From contig CAWDBK010000010.1 of NCBI GenBank assembly GCA_963800535.1, positions 72,736-104,735 of the forward strand: a DNA stretch of 32,000 bases. The letters run 5' to 3'. The notes under the pieces are model-generated. The model worked only from the letters and a program-made list of their open reading frames with translations. It was not told the origin of the DNA and did no database searches. The stretch comes from an uncultured Acidobacteriota bacterium (GTDB lineage Bacteria; Acidobacteriota; Terriglobia; Acidiferrales; UBA7541). This document shows, piece by piece, positions 17,477 to 26,010 of this stretch (position 1 is its first letter; every line of letters starts with the position of its first letter). Both the position numbers and the translations under genes were made by a program.

Positions 17477-17505
17477 TTGACGCCATCGCACGCCCACCCT
17501 ATAGT
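17477..17505 (+). promoter_or_regulatory. Sigma-70-like promoter candidate for the purine permease gene
   Basis: TTGACG (17477-17482), a 17-nt spacer, then TATAGT (17500-17505). It lies ~30 nt upstream of the SD AGGAGA (17521-17526) and TTG start 17534. Confidence 0.45.
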
Positions 17506-17533
17506 GGCTCACTTTTATTCAGGAGACGCAGGC

Positions 17534-18832
17534 TTGCTCGAGCGCATTTTTCATCTTCGCGAGAACATGACCACGGTTCGCACCGAGCTGCTTGCCGGCC
17601 TCACCACTTTCATGACCATGGCTTACGTCGTGGTCGTGAATCCGCGCATCCTCTCCGAAGCCGGCATGCCCGTCGAAGGCGTCCTCTTCGCTACCTGCAT
17701 TTCGGCGGCGCTGGCTACTTTGGTGATGGGCCTCTGGGCGAATTATCCCATCGCGCTCGCGCCCGGCATGTCGCTCAACGCGTATTTCACCTATTCGATC
17801 GTCATCGGCCGCGGCATCCCTTGGCAAACCGCCCTGGGCGTCGTCTTTCTTTCCGGCGCGCTGTTCCTGATTCTCACGCTCACGAACGTTCGCGAGCAGA
17901 TCGTCAACGGAATTCCGGATTGCCTGAAGCACGGCACCGCCGCCGGCATTGGCCTTTTCATCGCCTTCGTGGGATTTCGCAACGCGAATATCATCGTGGC
18001 AAACCCCTCGACGTTCGTCGCGTTCGGGAAAGCATCGAATCCGCAGGTGTTTCTTGCGGCTCTTGGAATCCTGCTGATCGCGATCCTGATGGTCAAGCGC
18101 GTCGGCAGCGCCATCCTGATCGGCATCGTCGCGATCACCCTGCTGGGGATTCCGTTCAAGGTCAGCCAGTGGCCGGCGCACATTCTCTCGTGGCCGCATC
18201 CTTCCGGCACATTTCTGAAGCTCGACTTGCGCTCGGCAACGAAAATCGGCTTGGGCGAGTTGGTTTTCGTTTTCTTCTTTGTCGATCTGTTCGACAACGT
18301 CGGCACGCTCGTCGGCGTCTGCGAACAGGGCGGTTTTCTGCGCGACGGCAAATTGCCACGCGCCAGCCGCGCGCTGCTGGCGGACGCGTTCGGCACGATC
18401 ACGGGCGCGCTTACCGGTACATCTACAGTCACGAGCTACATCGAAAGCGCGGCGGGAGTGGCGGCAGGAGCGCGGACGGGCCTTGGAAACCTGGTGGTCG
18501 CGGCGCTCTTCGCCGCCGCGATGTTCTGCGCGCCGCTGGTTTCCGCGATTCCGTCCTACGCCACGGCACCCGCGCTTATTTTGGTCGGCGCGCTGATGTG
18601 CGGTTCGGTCGCCGCGGTAAAGTGGGGCGATTACACCGAATCGGTGCCGGCGTTTCTCACCTTGATCGCCACGCCGTTGACGTTCAGCATCGCCACCGGC
18701 CTGAGCCTCGGCCTGCTCTCGTTCACCTTCTTGAAGTTGTTCACCGGGCGGCACAAAGACATCAGCCCGCTGATCTGGGTCCTCAGCGTCTTGTTTCTAC
18801 TCCGCTACGCGTTCCTAAGCGGTGCACAGTAA
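17534..18832 (+). CDS. NCS2/AzgA-family purine (adenine/guanine/hypoxanthine) permease
   Basis: A TTG start 7 nt after AGGAGA gives MLERIFHLRENMTTVRTELLAGLTTFMTMAYVVVVNP..L, the canonical AzgA-family N-terminus. The polytopic membrane protein runs to TAA 18830-18832. Confidence 0.85.
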   Translation: MLERIFHLRENMTTVRTELLAGLTTFMTMAYVVVVNPRILSEAGMPVEGVLFATCISAALATLVMGLWANYPIALAPGMSLNAYFTYSIVIGRGIPWQTALGVVFLSGALFLILTLTNVREQIVNGIPDCLKHGTAAGIGLFIAFVGFRNANIIVANPSTFVAFGKASNPQVFLAALGILLIAILMVKRVGSAILIGIVAITLLGIPFKVSQWPAHILSWPHPSGTFLKLDLRSATKIGLGELVFVFFFVDLFDNVGTLVGVCEQGGFLRDGKLPRASRALLADAFGTITGALTGTSTVTSYIESAAGVAAGARTGLGNLVVAALFAAAMFCAPLVSAIPSYATAPALILVGALMCGSVAAVKWGDYTESVPAFLTLIATPLTFSIATGLSLGLLSFTFLKLFTGRHKDISPLIWVLSVLFLLRYAFLSGAQ

Positions 18833-18900
18833 CCTTTGTAAGGTGTGGGTGTGAACGTAGTGGCGTGGCCTTCAGCGCGGCATTCTTCGGGCAAGCAATA

Positions 18901-19368
18901 TCAATATGGAATCTTCCTAACCGACTTCTCCCACGCCCGAAAGCCCTCGATGGACTCGTCCTGCATCATCCGCACCATGGGAATCTTCCTCCGCTCGGGC
19001 GGCAGCGCGATTTCACTATAGATGAACGAATCATCGAACCCGACCTTCGCCGCGTCCGCCGCCGTGTTGCCATAGTAAACGCGATCCGGCCGCGCCCAGT
19101 AAATCGCCCCCAGGCACATCGGGCACGGCTCGCACGACGTGTAAATCTCGCAACCGGGCAGCTCGAACGCGCCAAGCTTCTTGCACGCCTGGCGAATGGC
19201 CATGATCTCGGCGTGCGCGGTGGGATCGTTGGTGGCGGTCACGCTGTTGGCGGCCTCGGCCAGGATCTTGCCGTCCTTCACCACCACCGCGCCGAAGGGT
19301 CCGCCGCGTCCCGTGCGAACGTTTTCAATAGACAGCTCAATGGCGCGCGCCATGAAAGGGTTCTTCAT
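18901..19368 (-). CDS. guaD: Guanine deaminase, cytidine-deaminase-fold (GuaD type)
   Basis: GGPFGAVVVKDGKILAEAANSVTATNDPTAHAEIMAIRQACKKLGAFELPGCEIYTSCEPCPMCLGAIYWARP...GFDDSFIYSEI closely follows Bacillus GuaD as recalled from memory, including the HAE and PCPMC zinc motifs and the C-terminal ...W....KIPY tail. Confidence 0.85.
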   Translation of the reverse strand: MKNPFMARAIELSIENVRTGRGGPFGAVVVKDGKILAEAANSVTATNDPTAHAEIMAIRQACKKLGAFELPGCEIYTSCEPCPMCLGAIYWARPDRVYYGNTAADAAKVGFDDSFIYSEIALPPERRKIPMVRMMQDESIEGFRAWEKSVRKIPY

Positions 19369-19473
19369 CGTGATCGCGTCCCCGTGCCAACGCGAAGCAG
19401 CAGTATAAGGCGAAGACCGCGACTCGGTGGCCGCGAGTCACATCGGAATTTCCATTGGGAACTATTTGCCCGG

Positions 19474-19929
19474 CTAGCTACCGAATTGGCGCAGGTGATG
19501 GTCCATGTGCAGGTAGCTCCAGCGCAACCAGTCGCGCTCGCTCATCGTCCCGAAAAACGGATGCATCGGCACGATTGCGGGTGGGTCGGAAACAAAACGC
19601 TCGAACAGAACTCCCAGCCCGGCAATGTCAGCTGCGAACTCCGTCGGCCGCGTGCCTCCGATGAATTGGTCGATCTCCGCCCCAGTTGTCAGGCCGTGGG
19701 GCCATTGCATCGGTACGTCGAGCGCGAGAAATTTCATGATGGCGCGCGGGATGGGCGTTTTCACCATTGGCAGCGGCCGCTCGCCGAGCACAGCGCGAAA
19801 CGAATCGGCCAGGTGGCAGACCATTTGGTGCGCGTTCATGCGTCCCCACAGGCGCGGTGCGTCGGGCGTCACGCGCAAGAGGCGCTCGCGGATTTCGGCC
19901 TGTGTGGCGGCATCGCGCAGCGATTTCAT
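19474..19929 (-). CDS. DUF1569 (DinB-like four-helix-bundle) protein
   Basis: MKSLRDAATQAEIRERL..V.PD..RLWGRMNAHQMVCHLADSF...FFGTMSERDWLRWSYLHMDHHLRQFG is the typical DUF1569 pattern. The start is taken at ATG 19929. Confidence 0.7.
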   Translation of the reverse strand: MKSLRDAATQAEIRERLLRVTPDAPRLWGRMNAHQMVCHLADSFRAVLGERPLPMVKTPIPRAIMKFLALDVPMQWPHGLTTGAEIDQFIGGTRPTEFAADIAGLGVLFERFVSDPPAIVPMHPFFGTMSERDWLRWSYLHMDHHLRQFGS

Positions 19930-20008
19930 GCGCGAATTATAACAAGGATTGGGATGTATCAATCGCGGCTAGGTGGACTGGTAATATGAGGCTGTCGTTG
20001 AAGCGTGG

Positions 20009-20093
20009 GAGAGATTCTTCGACTGCGTAATCCGACGACCCGCAAGAGCGGGTCGAAATGCCAAATCGTCGGGTCGCTCCGCTCAGAACGACG
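20009..20093 (+). repeat. Intergenic structured repeat family 1, copy C
   Basis: GAGAGATTCTTCGACTGCGTAATCCGA-CGACCCGC-AAGA-GCGGGTCG-AAATGCCAAATCGTCGGGTCGCTCCGCTCAGAACGACG. It ends 18 nt before the allB ATG, in the divergent region between the DUF1569 gene and allB. Confidence 0.85.
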
Positions 20094-20111
20094 AGCTCGA
20101 AGCACAAGGCA

Positions 20112-21461
20112 ATGAGCTTAAAAGCCCACATTTCGCGACGGGTGGTTACGCCGGAGGGCGAGCGGGCGGCTGCGATTATCGTCGACGGCGAAAGAATCGT
20201 CGAGGTGACCGCGATCGATCGCGTGCCGGCTGGTGCCGAGCGTCACGATTTCGGTGAATTAGCAATTCTACCCGGGCTGATTGATTCGCACGTGCACATC
20301 AACGAGCCCGGCCGCACGGAGTGGGAAGGCTTTGAAACGGCAACGCGTGCCGCAGCCGCAGGTGGCTACACCATGCTCGTCGACATGCCGCTGAATTGCA
20401 TCCCTTCGACCAGCGACGTGGCAGCTTTGGCCCTGAAGCGCGCCGCGGCTGTCGGCAAATGCCGCGTCGACTGGGCCGCGTGGGGGAGCGTGGTCGCGGA
20501 CAATCAAGGCCACATCGAGCCGCTTGCGGCCGCCGGCGTGCTCGGATTCAAATGCTTCCTGATTCATCCCGGCACCGCCGAATTCACGATGGTCACAGAG
20601 CATCAGCTTCGCGCCGCGCTGCCTCGCGTGGTTCGCACCGGCTTGCCGCTGCTGGTCCACGCCGAGCTTGCGGGTCCCGTGGATCGCGCAACGGCCGAGC
20701 TGACGAATGCAAACTGGCGTTCGTACGCCACGTACCTGAAGTCCCGCCCGGACGAAGCCGAGTTGAGCGCGATCCGTACGTTACTTGCGCTCTGCCGCGA
20801 GTTTCGATTCCGGCTGCACATCGTGCACCTGGCGACGCACCGGGCACTCGATATGTTGCGCGAGGCGCGCGCCAGCGGCTTGCCGGTCACGATCGAAACC
20901 TGCCCGCACTATGTGCATTTCGTCGCAGAAGAAATCTCGGACGGCTCCACCCTGCGCAAATGCGCGCCGCCGATTCGAAGCCGCGACAATCGCGAACAAT
21001 TGTGGCAAGCGTTGCGCGAAGGAGTGATTGATCTGGTCGTCACCGACCATTCGCCATGTCCGCCATTGATGAAGCAGCTCGAATCCGGTGATTTCAAATC
21101 CGCATGGGGTGGAATCGCGAGCCTCTCCGTCGCGCTGCCGGTCATGTGGACTGAAGCCAGCGCGCGAGGCTTCACGTTGCGCGAGATCGCGCGATGGATG
21201 TCAGAAGCACCCGCGAAATTGGCAGGCTGCGAAGCACGCAAAGGAAAAATCGCCGCCGGAATGGACGCCGACTTCGCCGTTTTCGACGCCGACGCGGAAT
21301 TCACGATCACGCCGGATCGCTTGCACTACAAACATCCGGTCTCTGCGTACATGGGCGAACGGCTTCGCGGCGTCGTGAAAGCGACCTACTTGCGCGGCAA
21401 AATCGTTTACGCCGACGGTGAATTTCCGGACGGTCCGATGGGAAGGGAATACCGAAAGTAA
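20112..21461 (+). CDS. allB: Allantoinase
   Basis: PGLIDSHVHINEPGRTEWEGFETATRAAAAGGYTMLVDMPLNCIPST, GFKCFL, LLVHAE and VVTDHSPCPP...K....F..AWGGIASL are cyclic amidohydrolase motifs in the allantoinase pattern. Confidence 0.9.
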   Translation: MSLKAHISRRVVTPEGERAAAIIVDGERIVEVTAIDRVPAGAERHDFGELAILPGLIDSHVHINEPGRTEWEGFETATRAAAAGGYTMLVDMPLNCIPSTSDVAALALKRAAAVGKCRVDWAAWGSVVADNQGHIEPLAAAGVLGFKCFLIHPGTAEFTMVTEHQLRAALPRVVRTGLPLLVHAELAGPVDRATAELTNANWRSYATYLKSRPDEAELSAIRTLLALCREFRFRLHIVHLATHRALDMLREARASGLPVTIETCPHYVHFVAEEISDGSTLRKCAPPIRSRDNREQLWQALREGVIDLVVTDHSPCPPLMKQLESGDFKSAWGGIASLSVALPVMWTEASARGFTLREIARWMSEAPAKLAGCEARKGKIAAGMDADFAVFDADAEFTITPDRLHYKHPVSAYMGERLRGVVKATYLRGKIVYADGEFPDGPMGREYRK

Positions 21462-21524
21462 AGGGATGTGGCAATGAAACGTTCAAATATGACTGATTTT
21501 CGGTCACAATAGCAGGCAACCACG

Positions 21525-23790
21525 ATGCCAGGGCCCGCGACAATTGGGGTGTCGGCGCCGCGAAAAGAAGGGCGCGACAAAGTCACGGGACGAGCACGGT
21601 ACATCGACGACATCACGCTGCCGGACATGCTGTACGGCGCGACCGTCCGCAGCCGCATTCCCCGCGGCAAAATCAAGAAAATCAATTTCGGCGATGGAAT
21701 CCACTGGGACGAATTCGTGTATGGTCACCGCGAAGGACATTCCGGGGAAAAATTGCATTGCGCCTGATCGAAAACGATCAGCCCTGCCTCGCGGACGGAA
21801 TCGTGAATCATCCCGAAGAACCGATTCTGCTGCTTGCGCATTCCGACCGTCACGCCTTGCCGAAAGCCATCGCCGCGGTCGAAATCGAATACGAGGCGCT
21901 GCCGCCGATTTTCACGATCGAGGAAAGCGAACGGCAGAACGAAATCATCTGGGGCGCGGATAATGTCTTCAAGAAATATTTAATTCAGAAAGGCGACGTC
22001 GATAGCGTGTGGGCAAAAGCCGATTTCATCGTCGAAGGCGAGTATTCACCGGCGCTCAAGAACAGCTCTACATCGAAACGAACGGAATAATCGCCACGTA
22101 CGACGCTGACACGGCGTCACGATTTGGGATCGCTGCAGTGCCCGTACTACGTGCACAAGGCCATGATGGCACTCTTCGCGCTCCCCGAAAATAAAGTGCG
22201 CGTGGTGCAGACGGAAACCGGCGGTGCGTTCGGAGGCAAGGAAGAATATCCGTCGATGATCGCCGGTCACGCGGGCTTGCTGGCGATGAAATCGGGCCGC
22301 CCGGTGAAGATCATTTACGATCGCCTGGAAGACATGGTGGCGACGACCAAGCGGCACCCTTCGCGGACGCGCCACCGCACCGCCGTACGCAAAGACGGCA
22401 AGATCCTCGGCGGTGAAATCGATCTGGTGATCGACGGTGGCGCATACCTGACGCTTTCACCCGTGGTTTTGTCTCGCGCGACGATTCATGCGGGCGGCCC
22501 GTACGAATGGCCGGCGGTCGAGGTGCGCGCGAAAGCGGTGGCGACCAACGCGCCGCCCCACGGCGCGTTTCGCGGTTTCGGCGCGCCGCAGAGCCTCTTC
22601 GCGATTGAGCGGCACATGGACCGCATCGCAAAAACACTCGGATTGTCTTCTGTCGAAGTGCGGCGCGTGAATTTTCTGAAGAAAGGCGCGCAGACCATTA
22701 CCGAGCAGACGATCAATGAAGAGGTTGACCTGCCCGGAATGCTCGATCGCGCGCTGGCGCACGCCGGCTATTACGAGAAAAAGAAAACTTTCGAGCGTGA
22801 AAATGACGGCAGCCCAATCAAGCGGGAATCGGCTTCGCGGCGTTTCTGCACGGCGCGGGATTCACCGGTTCGGGCGAGCGTTACCTCGCCTCGGTGGTCG
22901 GCGTCGAAGGTACGACCGAGGGTCGTGTGCGGGTGCTGGTTTCCAGTACGGAATTCGGCCAGGGCACGAATACGATCCTGAGCCAGATCGCAGCGGAGAC
23001 GCTGGGCCTGCCATACGACGACGTCGAAATCGCGCAACCCGATACGACCGACGTGCCGAATAGCGGGCCCACAGTGGCGTCACGAACGGCAATGGTGGTT
23101 GGCAAACTCGTAGCCTCGGCAGCGCGCGGAATCGAGCAGACTCTGGTCCGCGCTGGTTTGTTGCGAGAATCCCACACGGCTGAGGAATTTCGCGCGGCTT
23201 GCAAGAAATATGCCGCCGCGCACGGTGCATTTCGTTCCTTCGCAAAGTACGAGCCGCCGGCGAACATATTCTGGGACGATCAGAAATATCGAGGGGAAGC
23301 GTATGCAGCGTACGGCTGGGCGATTTACGTCGCGCAGGTCGCAGTGGATACGCGCTCGTACACCGCCGCCGTCGAGGATTTTGTGGCGCTGCAGGAAGTG
23401 GGCCGCGTGCTCAATCCGGTGATGGCGCGCGGGCAGATCATCGGTGGGGTGGCGCAGGGAATCGGATTCGCGCTCTACGAAAAAGTAGAATGGCGCGAAG
23501 GTCGCATGCAGAACGGCCAGATGACGAACTACATCATGCCGACTTCGGCGGATGTGCCGCCGATTCGCGTATTTTTCGAAGAACTTGGCAACACGCACGG
23601 CGCTTACGGCGCGAAGGGAATCGGCGAGCTGCCCATGGACGGCCCGGCGCCGGCGATCGTGAATGCCGTCGAGGACGCACTCGGCGTGCCGTTCGATTCC
23701 GTGCCGCTGCTCCCCGAGGATATTTTCGACGTGATCACCGCCGCAGCCGCTCGCGAAAGAGAAGCGCGCGCCTCGGCCGGAGTGCGATGA
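21525..23790 (+). pseudogene. Xanthine dehydrogenase-family molybdopterin-binding (large) subunit, interrupted by six 1-nt indels
   Basis: Homology is continuous across frames: GRDKVTGRARYIDDI...VTAKDIPGKNCIA | LIENDQPCLADG...VEGEY | TGAQEQLYIETNG | GVTIW | GSLQCPYYVHK...VVQTETGGAFGGKE...RGFGAPQ... | GIGFAAFLHGAGF...SSTEFGQGTNT...GIGELPMDGPAPAIVNAV. Frame changes are at ~21720, 21763, 22045, 22113, 22127 and 22825. The stop TGA 23788-23790 overlaps the next ATG. Confidence 0.85.
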
Positions 23791-24281
23791 CGAAACGGGG
23801 CGCCGCGAAGCGCGACATTTCCATCACAGTGAACGGCGAGGGGAAAACCGTCTGCGCGTATCCCATGGAGCGGCTGCTCGACGTGCTGCGCGAGCAGCTC
23901 GGGTTGACGGGCACTAAAGAAGGATGCGGCGAGGGCGAATGCGGCGCATGCTCCGTGTTGATGGATGGCGCTCTGGTCGATAGCTGCCTGGTGCCCGTGC
24001 TTCAAGCCGAGGGCTCCAAGATCGTCACCATCGAAGGGCTCGGCTCGGATGCGCGGGCACGCGCAGTTCAGGACGCCTTTCTGGAATATGGCGGCGCGCA
24101 ATGTGGGATTTGTACGCCGGGAATGATTCTAGCGGCAGTACACCTGCTGAAGGCGAACCCAGCGCCGACGATGGACGACATTCGCGAAGGGCTGGCGGGG
24201 AACCTTTGCCGCTGCACGGGCTATCTGCAGATTCTCGAAGCTGTCGCTGCGGTGGCCGCGAAGAGTGGGGCGGCGCGATGA
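23787..24281 (+). CDS. Xanthine dehydrogenase-family (2Fe-2S)-binding small subunit
   Basis: GCGEGECGACSVLMDG..V.SCL.P....EG..I.TIEGL and QCGICTPGMI...NLCRCTGY are the two [2Fe-2S] cluster motifs. ATGA overlaps occur at both ends (23787-90, 24278-81). Confidence 0.9.
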   Translation: MTKRGAAKRDISITVNGEGKTVCAYPMERLLDVLREQLGLTGTKEGCGEGECGACSVLMDGALVDSCLVPVLQAEGSKIVTIEGLGSDARARAVQDAFLEYGGAQCGICTPGMILAAVHLLKANPAPTMDDIREGLAGNLCRCTGYLQILEAVAAVAAKSGAAR

Positions 24282-25663
24282 GGTCGAACCCCGCTGAATT
24301 CGAGATGGTGGCGCCTTCGGATTTGCCGAGCGCTCTTTCGCTGATGACGGCAACGGGCGAGCGCTGGATGCCTATTGCCGGCGGCACCGATCTGATGGTT
24401 CAGTACGCCGCTGGCGCATTGCGCGCGCGAAAGCTGATGAGCATCGCGCGTCTGCCGGAGCTGCGGCGGATCGCCGTTTCGACGGGCGAGGTTCAAATCG
24501 GCGCGGGCTCGACGTACACTGACTTGCGCGGGAATGAATCGATCGCGCGCGAATTTCCTTTGCTCGCGCAGGCGGCTGGCTGGGTGGGCGGCATCGCCAA
24601 CCAGAACCGCGGCACGATCGGCGGAAACATCGTGAACGCTTCCCCAGCCGGGGATTCGCTGCCGGCGCTTCTGGCGTATGGCGCGGAGCTGATCCTGGTC
24701 TCCGCGCGTGGCGAGCGGCGCGTGCCTTATGCGACGTTTCACACCGGATACAAAAAGATGGAGTTGGCGGCGGATGAGCTGATCCGAGCCGTGTGTCTGC
24801 CGCGGAAGTTTTCCGCGTACGTACAACACGGGCGGAAAATCGGCACGCGCAACGCGCAGGCGGTGTCGAAGATCGCCATGGCCGCGCTGGCACGGTTGGA
24901 GAAGGGCGTGGTGGCGGACGTGAGGATCGCGCTGGGCAGCGTCGCACCCGTGCCGATTCGGCTGACGGCGACGGAGCAATTGCTGACGGGGAAATCGCTA
25001 GACCCGGATTTGATGGCAGTAGCCGCGAAAACAGCCGCTGGCGAAGTGAAGCCGATCGACGATATTCGGTCGACGGCGCGATATCGCGCGGCGGTGGTCG
25101 GAAATCTCGTCTTGGAGTTTCTGGAGCAACTGCGTGCACAGCCGGAAGTGAGCGCCGAAACGCTGACGCGTTGGAACGCGTTGGACCCGGCCACAGCGGA
25201 GGGCGAAATTTTGGCGTGCTGTGGATCGCGCGTGTGGGCGCGCGAAATGGCGGCGCGGCGACCCTTCGCTAGCGAATCCGCCGTGCTCGCGGCGTCGGAT
25301 GCGGTCTGCTCGAGCTTGCGCGAAGAGGACTGGCTCGAAGCGTTTCGCGCGCACCCGCGCATCGGCGAGATAAAGCCCGCGCAGGCAGCGCCGAAACAAT
25401 CCGCTGCGTGGTCGGCGCAGGAACAAGACGCGGCGACGGCTGCCGACGCCGAAACGAAGGCCGCGCTGGCGAATGGGCATCGCGAGTACGAGCACCGGTT
25501 CGGACGGATTTTCATCGTATGCGCCACGGGAAAGACCAGCCCCGAAATCCTGGCGATTTTGCGGCAGCGGTTGCAGAATGACGCGGTGACGGAATTGCGC
25601 GAATCGGTGAAGCAGCAGCGGCAGATCGCTCAACTGCGCCTGAAAAAGTGGCTGCGCGCATGA
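24278..25663 (+). CDS. XDH-family FAD-binding subunit (aa 1-290) fused in frame to OHCU decarboxylase (aa 291-461)
   Basis: The N-terminal part has IAGGTDLMVQ, GTIGGNIVNASPAGDSLPALLAYGA and IDDIRSTARYRAAVVGNLV (FAD_binding_5 plus CO-dehydrogenase flavoprotein C-domain). The C-terminal part has ILACCGSRVWAREMAARRPF, EAFRAHPRIGE, SAAWSAQEQ and HREYEHRFGRIFIVCATGKT (UraD/OHCU decarboxylase). No stop separates the two parts. Confidence 0.8.
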   Translation: MRSNPAEFEMVAPSDLPSALSLMTATGERWMPIAGGTDLMVQYAAGALRARKLMSIARLPELRRIAVSTGEVQIGAGSTYTDLRGNESIAREFPLLAQAAGWVGGIANQNRGTIGGNIVNASPAGDSLPALLAYGAELILVSARGERRVPYATFHTGYKKMELAADELIRAVCLPRKFSAYVQHGRKIGTRNAQAVSKIAMAALARLEKGVVADVRIALGSVAPVPIRLTATEQLLTGKSLDPDLMAVAAKTAAGEVKPIDDIRSTARYRAAVVGNLVLEFLEQLRAQPEVSAETLTRWNALDPATAEGEILACCGSRVWAREMAARRPFASESAVLAASDAVCSSLREEDWLEAFRAHPRIGEIKPAQAAPKQSAAWSAQEQDAATAADAETKAALANGHREYEHRFGRIFIVCATGKTSPEILAILRQRLQNDAVTELRESVKQQRQIAQLRLKKWLRA

Positions 25664-26004
25664 GCGGAATTTCCACGCACGTGCTGGACACCGCGCGGGG
25701 AAAGCCGGCGGCCGAAGTGCCAGTGCGCCTGGAGCGAGAGGAAGGCCCGGACAAATGGCAGCTGGTTGGCGAGGGGCGGACGGACGCGAACGGAAGGTGT
25801 ACCCAACTCTTCGGCGGCGGCGCGACACTCGGGGCGGGGAATTACCGCCTAAGCTTCGACACGAAAAGCTATTTCACGGCGCAGAAAATCGAAGGGCTCT
25901 ATCCGCTCGTGCAGGTGCAATTCACCGTTCGCACGGGCGAGGAACATTTTCATGTTCCCCTACTCTTGAGTCCAAACAGCTACACCACCTATCGCGGGAG
26001 CTGA
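25660..26004 (+). CDS. uraH: 5-hydroxyisourate hydrolase (transthyretin-like)
   Basis: MSGISTHVLDTARGKPAA.V.V.L... ...HFHVPLLLSPNSYTTYRGS has the diagnostic C-terminal YRGS. The ATG overlaps the upstream TGA (ATGA 25660-63). Confidence 0.9.
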   Translation: MSGISTHVLDTARGKPAAEVPVRLEREEGPDKWQLVGEGRTDANGRCTQLFGGGATLGAGNYRLSFDTKSYFTAQKIEGLYPLVQVQFTVRTGEEHFHVPLLLSPNSYTTYRGS

Positions 26005-26010
26005 GAAACG

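Noticed and set aside
17341-17533. Possible purine riboswitch in the permease leader
   Set aside because: I could not find the conserved guanine/adenine riboswitch junction and loop sequences. In addition, the near-consensus promoter at 17477-17505 leaves only a ~20-nt leader.
17519-18754. 411-aa minus-strand ORF antisense to the permease
   Set aside because: It is a highly charged R/D/E/Q/G string opposite a clear polytopic NCS2 permease. It is a mirror-frame artefact.
17353-19989. 878-aa ORF on the + strand, the longest after the TonB receptor
   Set aside because: It runs out of frame through the permease gene and antisense through guaD and the DUF1569 gene, all of which have strong family signatures. 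Its translation is an R/H/A/G/P-rich low-complexity string with no recognisable motif. This is a typical stop-poor alternative frame of high-GC DNA.
21482-21510. TTCAAA-17-CACAAT promoter-like spacing and a TGAC-N9-GTCA palindrome upstream of the XDH operon
   Set aside because: The hexamers are poor and the half-sites are only 4 bp, so this is compatible with chance in an AT-richer spacer.
24221-25828. Several 250-276-aa minus-strand ORFs across the XDH FAD/uraD/uraH region
   Set aside because: They are antisense to genes with clear motifs and have low-complexity R/A/P-rich translations.
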